NCBI GenBank assembly: GCA_030390025.1 | Contig: CM059435.1 | Span: forward strand, 98,456,001 to 98,520,000 | Length of the DNA: 64,000 bases | Origin: Squalus acanthias | Lineage: Eukaryota | Direction: 5' to 3' | In this document: one piece after another, positions 61,665 through 64,000 of the stretch | How positions within the stretch are numbered: the first letter of the stretch is position 1 | How the letters are laid out: each line of letters begins with the position of its first letter | The notes under the pieces: generated by a model | What the model was told of the DNA's origin: nothing | Databases searched by the model: none | The model's input: only the letters and a program-made list of their open reading frames with translations | Program-made: the position numbers and the translations under genes

Positions 61665-62760
61665 ATGGTCTTGTCTAACAAATTTACTGGAGTTCTTCGA
61701 GGAAATGACAGATCTTGTTGACAATATAAATTCTATGGATGTGATACATATTTGAATTGCAGCAAGGCTTTTGTTACCATGCCACACAAGCAATTAGTTA
61801 ACAAAGTAGGAAGGCATGGAATAGAAGGCATTCTTCAAAGGTGGACTTTAAATTGGCTAAGCCCTATAAAAAGGGTGTTTGCAAATGGAGCTGCATCTAC
61901 ATGGCAAGGGGTGCAACGGAGATCAGTGCTGCATCCACTGCTGTTTTAAGTGCATATCAATAATTTGTACATGAAGACAAGCAAAAGCTGTCTAACTTTG
62001 CAGATGACACCAAATTGAGGAAAGAGAACAGGCAAGCCAAATTCAAAGGGATCTGAAATAGGTTGGAAAAGCAGGCTGAAGTGTGGCAAATGGCATTTGG
62101 TGCAATGTAGCGCGACTAGGGAAGAGAAATAAATAGGAATATAAACAAACTGGCTCTACACTTTAGAACAAAACACAGAAGAGAGATCTGGAGGGTTTTA
62201 GTGTGGAAGCAAGTCATCCTCGGTTCCAAGGGACTGCCTAAGAAGAAGAGACTAATGGATAGCTCACTGAAACCAACAGTGCAGCAGAAGTAAGGAAACT
62301 AACCAGATCTTTGGGATGTATAACCACTGGGAGAGCACACAAATCCCAGGTGATAAATGAGTCCGTACAAGCCACTGGTACACCCGCACCTGGAGTAGTC
62401 TATAATTCTGGTCACTGCAATACAGCAAGGACATCCAGGCATTGGAGGCTGTGCAGAAAAGGGCAAGGAAACTGATGCATAGCTTAAGGTATCTGAGCTA
62501 TGCAAAGAGGTTGAAGAGCCTGGGATTGTTTATGCTGAAGGAAAAATTTCAGGAGAGATATTAAAAATATTTTAAGGGAATAGATAAAGTGAATCTAGAT
62601 AATATTTTTGAGATTGCCACACATTCCAGACATAGAGTGTGGTTATGTGTGGAATGGACTGCTCAAGTTGACAGAAGAGGCAGAAAGTGTAGAAAAACAT
62701 TTAGGGAGTATTGGGTAGATATCTGAAAATGTAGGCAATTGAGAGATTAGTTTTTGGGAC
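61665..62760 (+). mobile_element. Decayed CR1 LINE, with a ~55-bp RTE 3' tail inserted at 62196-62250
   Basis: TGTCTAACAAATTTACTGGAGTTCTTCGAG, TTTGCAGATGACACCAAA; insert TTTTAGTGTGGAAGCAAGTCATCCTCGGTTCC…GCCTAAGAAGAAG matches 49372-49425. Confidence 0.8.
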
Positions 62761-62824
62761 CCACCCGATGAGTTGCCGAGTCTTTTCTGGTTGTGCACTT
62801 TTCATTGAAGGAGGATGATGAGTT

Positions 62825-63360
62825 GATGACTTACATTTATATGGTGCCTTTAATGTAGAGAAAGTTCCAAGGAGCTTCCCAGAAGTTAAGAGAATAGACA
62901 TGAAGCCATGCAGAGAAAAACTAGGATGGGTGATCAAAAGCTTGTTTGAAGAGATAGGGTCGAGAAGTTTTTTAAAAGATGGAAAGTCAGTGGAGAAGCA
63001 GAGAATTTTAGGGGAGTGAGCTCCAGAGAATAGGGCGGAGGCTGCTGAAAATTCTTCCACCAATTGTGAGGTAATGCGAAGGGAGGAATGCACCAAAGGC
63101 TAGAGTCGGAGGAACACAGGGTGCAGGAAGGTAAATGTGGCTAGAAGAGGTTACATAGATAGGATTGGGCAAGGCCGTGGAAGCAGCTGAAAACAAGAAT
63201 GAAGATTTTTAATTTGATGTGTATGGGGACAGGAATCCAATGCGAGTCAGAAAGGATGGGGGAGATGGGTGAGCAGGACTTATTATGGGTCAGGATATGG
63301 GTGGCTGAGTTTTGGACAAGTTTATGGAGGGTGAAAGATCAGATGCCAGCAAGGACACCA
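62825..63360 (-). mobile_element. Old L2 3' fragment
   Basis: Colinear similarity with 44666-45220. Confidence 0.75.
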
Positions 63361-63632
63361 GAGTTAATTGGACACCAGATCAAGGACAGGATTATGCTTG
63401 GCTGCAATGCAGGACATAGCTGGATGCCCTGTTAACACCATCACCCAGACATTCACATGAATATTGGCCTATTGATGCAGATACCACAAGATTGGTAGAG
63501 CCCATGGAACTGTATCCCTACACAAGCTGTCTGCATAATTCACCAGTGCAACAAAACAACATTTTATCAATCCTTTAGAGAGCAGCAGTGCAGATGAAAA
63601 TTCTAACCAATCCATTTACCATTAATACTTAC

Positions 63633-63758
63633 AAGTTGTACGTAGCTAAGCTGTTTGTTCCGGAGTTTTTCCAGGGCTTGTATAGCATCTTCCTGTATAG
63701 GAAAGGCTACTCCCTGCAAAGTTGGTTGCTTAGTTTCTACATTGATTTCAGTTTTCCC
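63633..63758 (-). CDS. TWF1: Twinfilin-1 exon; upstream exons lie beyond the window
   Basis: [42 protein letters not shown]; 126 nt; GGCAG| and |GTAAGT. Confidence 0.95.
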
Positions 63759-64000
63759 CTGCCAAAAAACAAAGGCAAGAACTAGTTTCCCTATATGATA
63801 CATCATGGGTGTATATGTGCTGTTGTGAAATGATCTTTTTTTTTCCATTTTTAAAATTATAATAAAAAGGCTAAAATATCATGTCTTTTCATTCAGCACA
63901 ATTATTATAAATAATATATTTTACAGAATGGATGGCTGTCAATTAATTTCAAAGCTTATGGTTCTAAGATAGCTTTAGGTCATGAAGCAACAGCAGCAGA

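Noticed and set aside
1-64000. CRISPR arrays, operons or prokaryotic defence systems
   Set aside because: Intron-containing vertebrate DNA; no regularly spaced direct repeats seen.

Overview
This is vertebrate genomic DNA, very probably from a cartilaginous fish (shark), judged from its repeat content: CR1/HER-like LINEs, L2, Deu-domain SINEs, Harbinger elements and Penelope-like repeats. Three genes can be reconstructed with GT-AG junctions in consistent phase. (1) A complete 4-exon WNT16 (+, CDS 4392-9330, 360 aa) lies inside an almost transposon-free domain that retains CpGs. (2) A complete IRAK4 (+) has a CpG-island promoter at ~22.2 kb and 11 coding exons at 31904-52568 (469 aa). (3) The last four exons of twinfilin-1 (TWF1, -) lie at 59771-63758, convergent with IRAK4. 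The rest is intronic or intergenic DNA full of transposon fragments. The most interesting observations are: short TSD-flanked Penelope-like inserts carrying minimal hammerhead-ribozyme motifs; WNT16 directly adjacent to IRAK4 with no recognisable FAM3C or PUS7L between them; a motif-dense IRAK4 promoter (ETS-IRF, ETS-CRE, perfect RFX X-box, PU.1 box); a young TIR MITE that supplies AATAAA on both strands; and a sharp GC3 switch within WNT16. No CRISPR arrays, rRNA or genuine tRNA genes were seen. I found no evidence for a wholly new biological system. All gene and repeat-family names come from recognition by eye, not from database searches, and repeat boundaries without TSDs are approximate.
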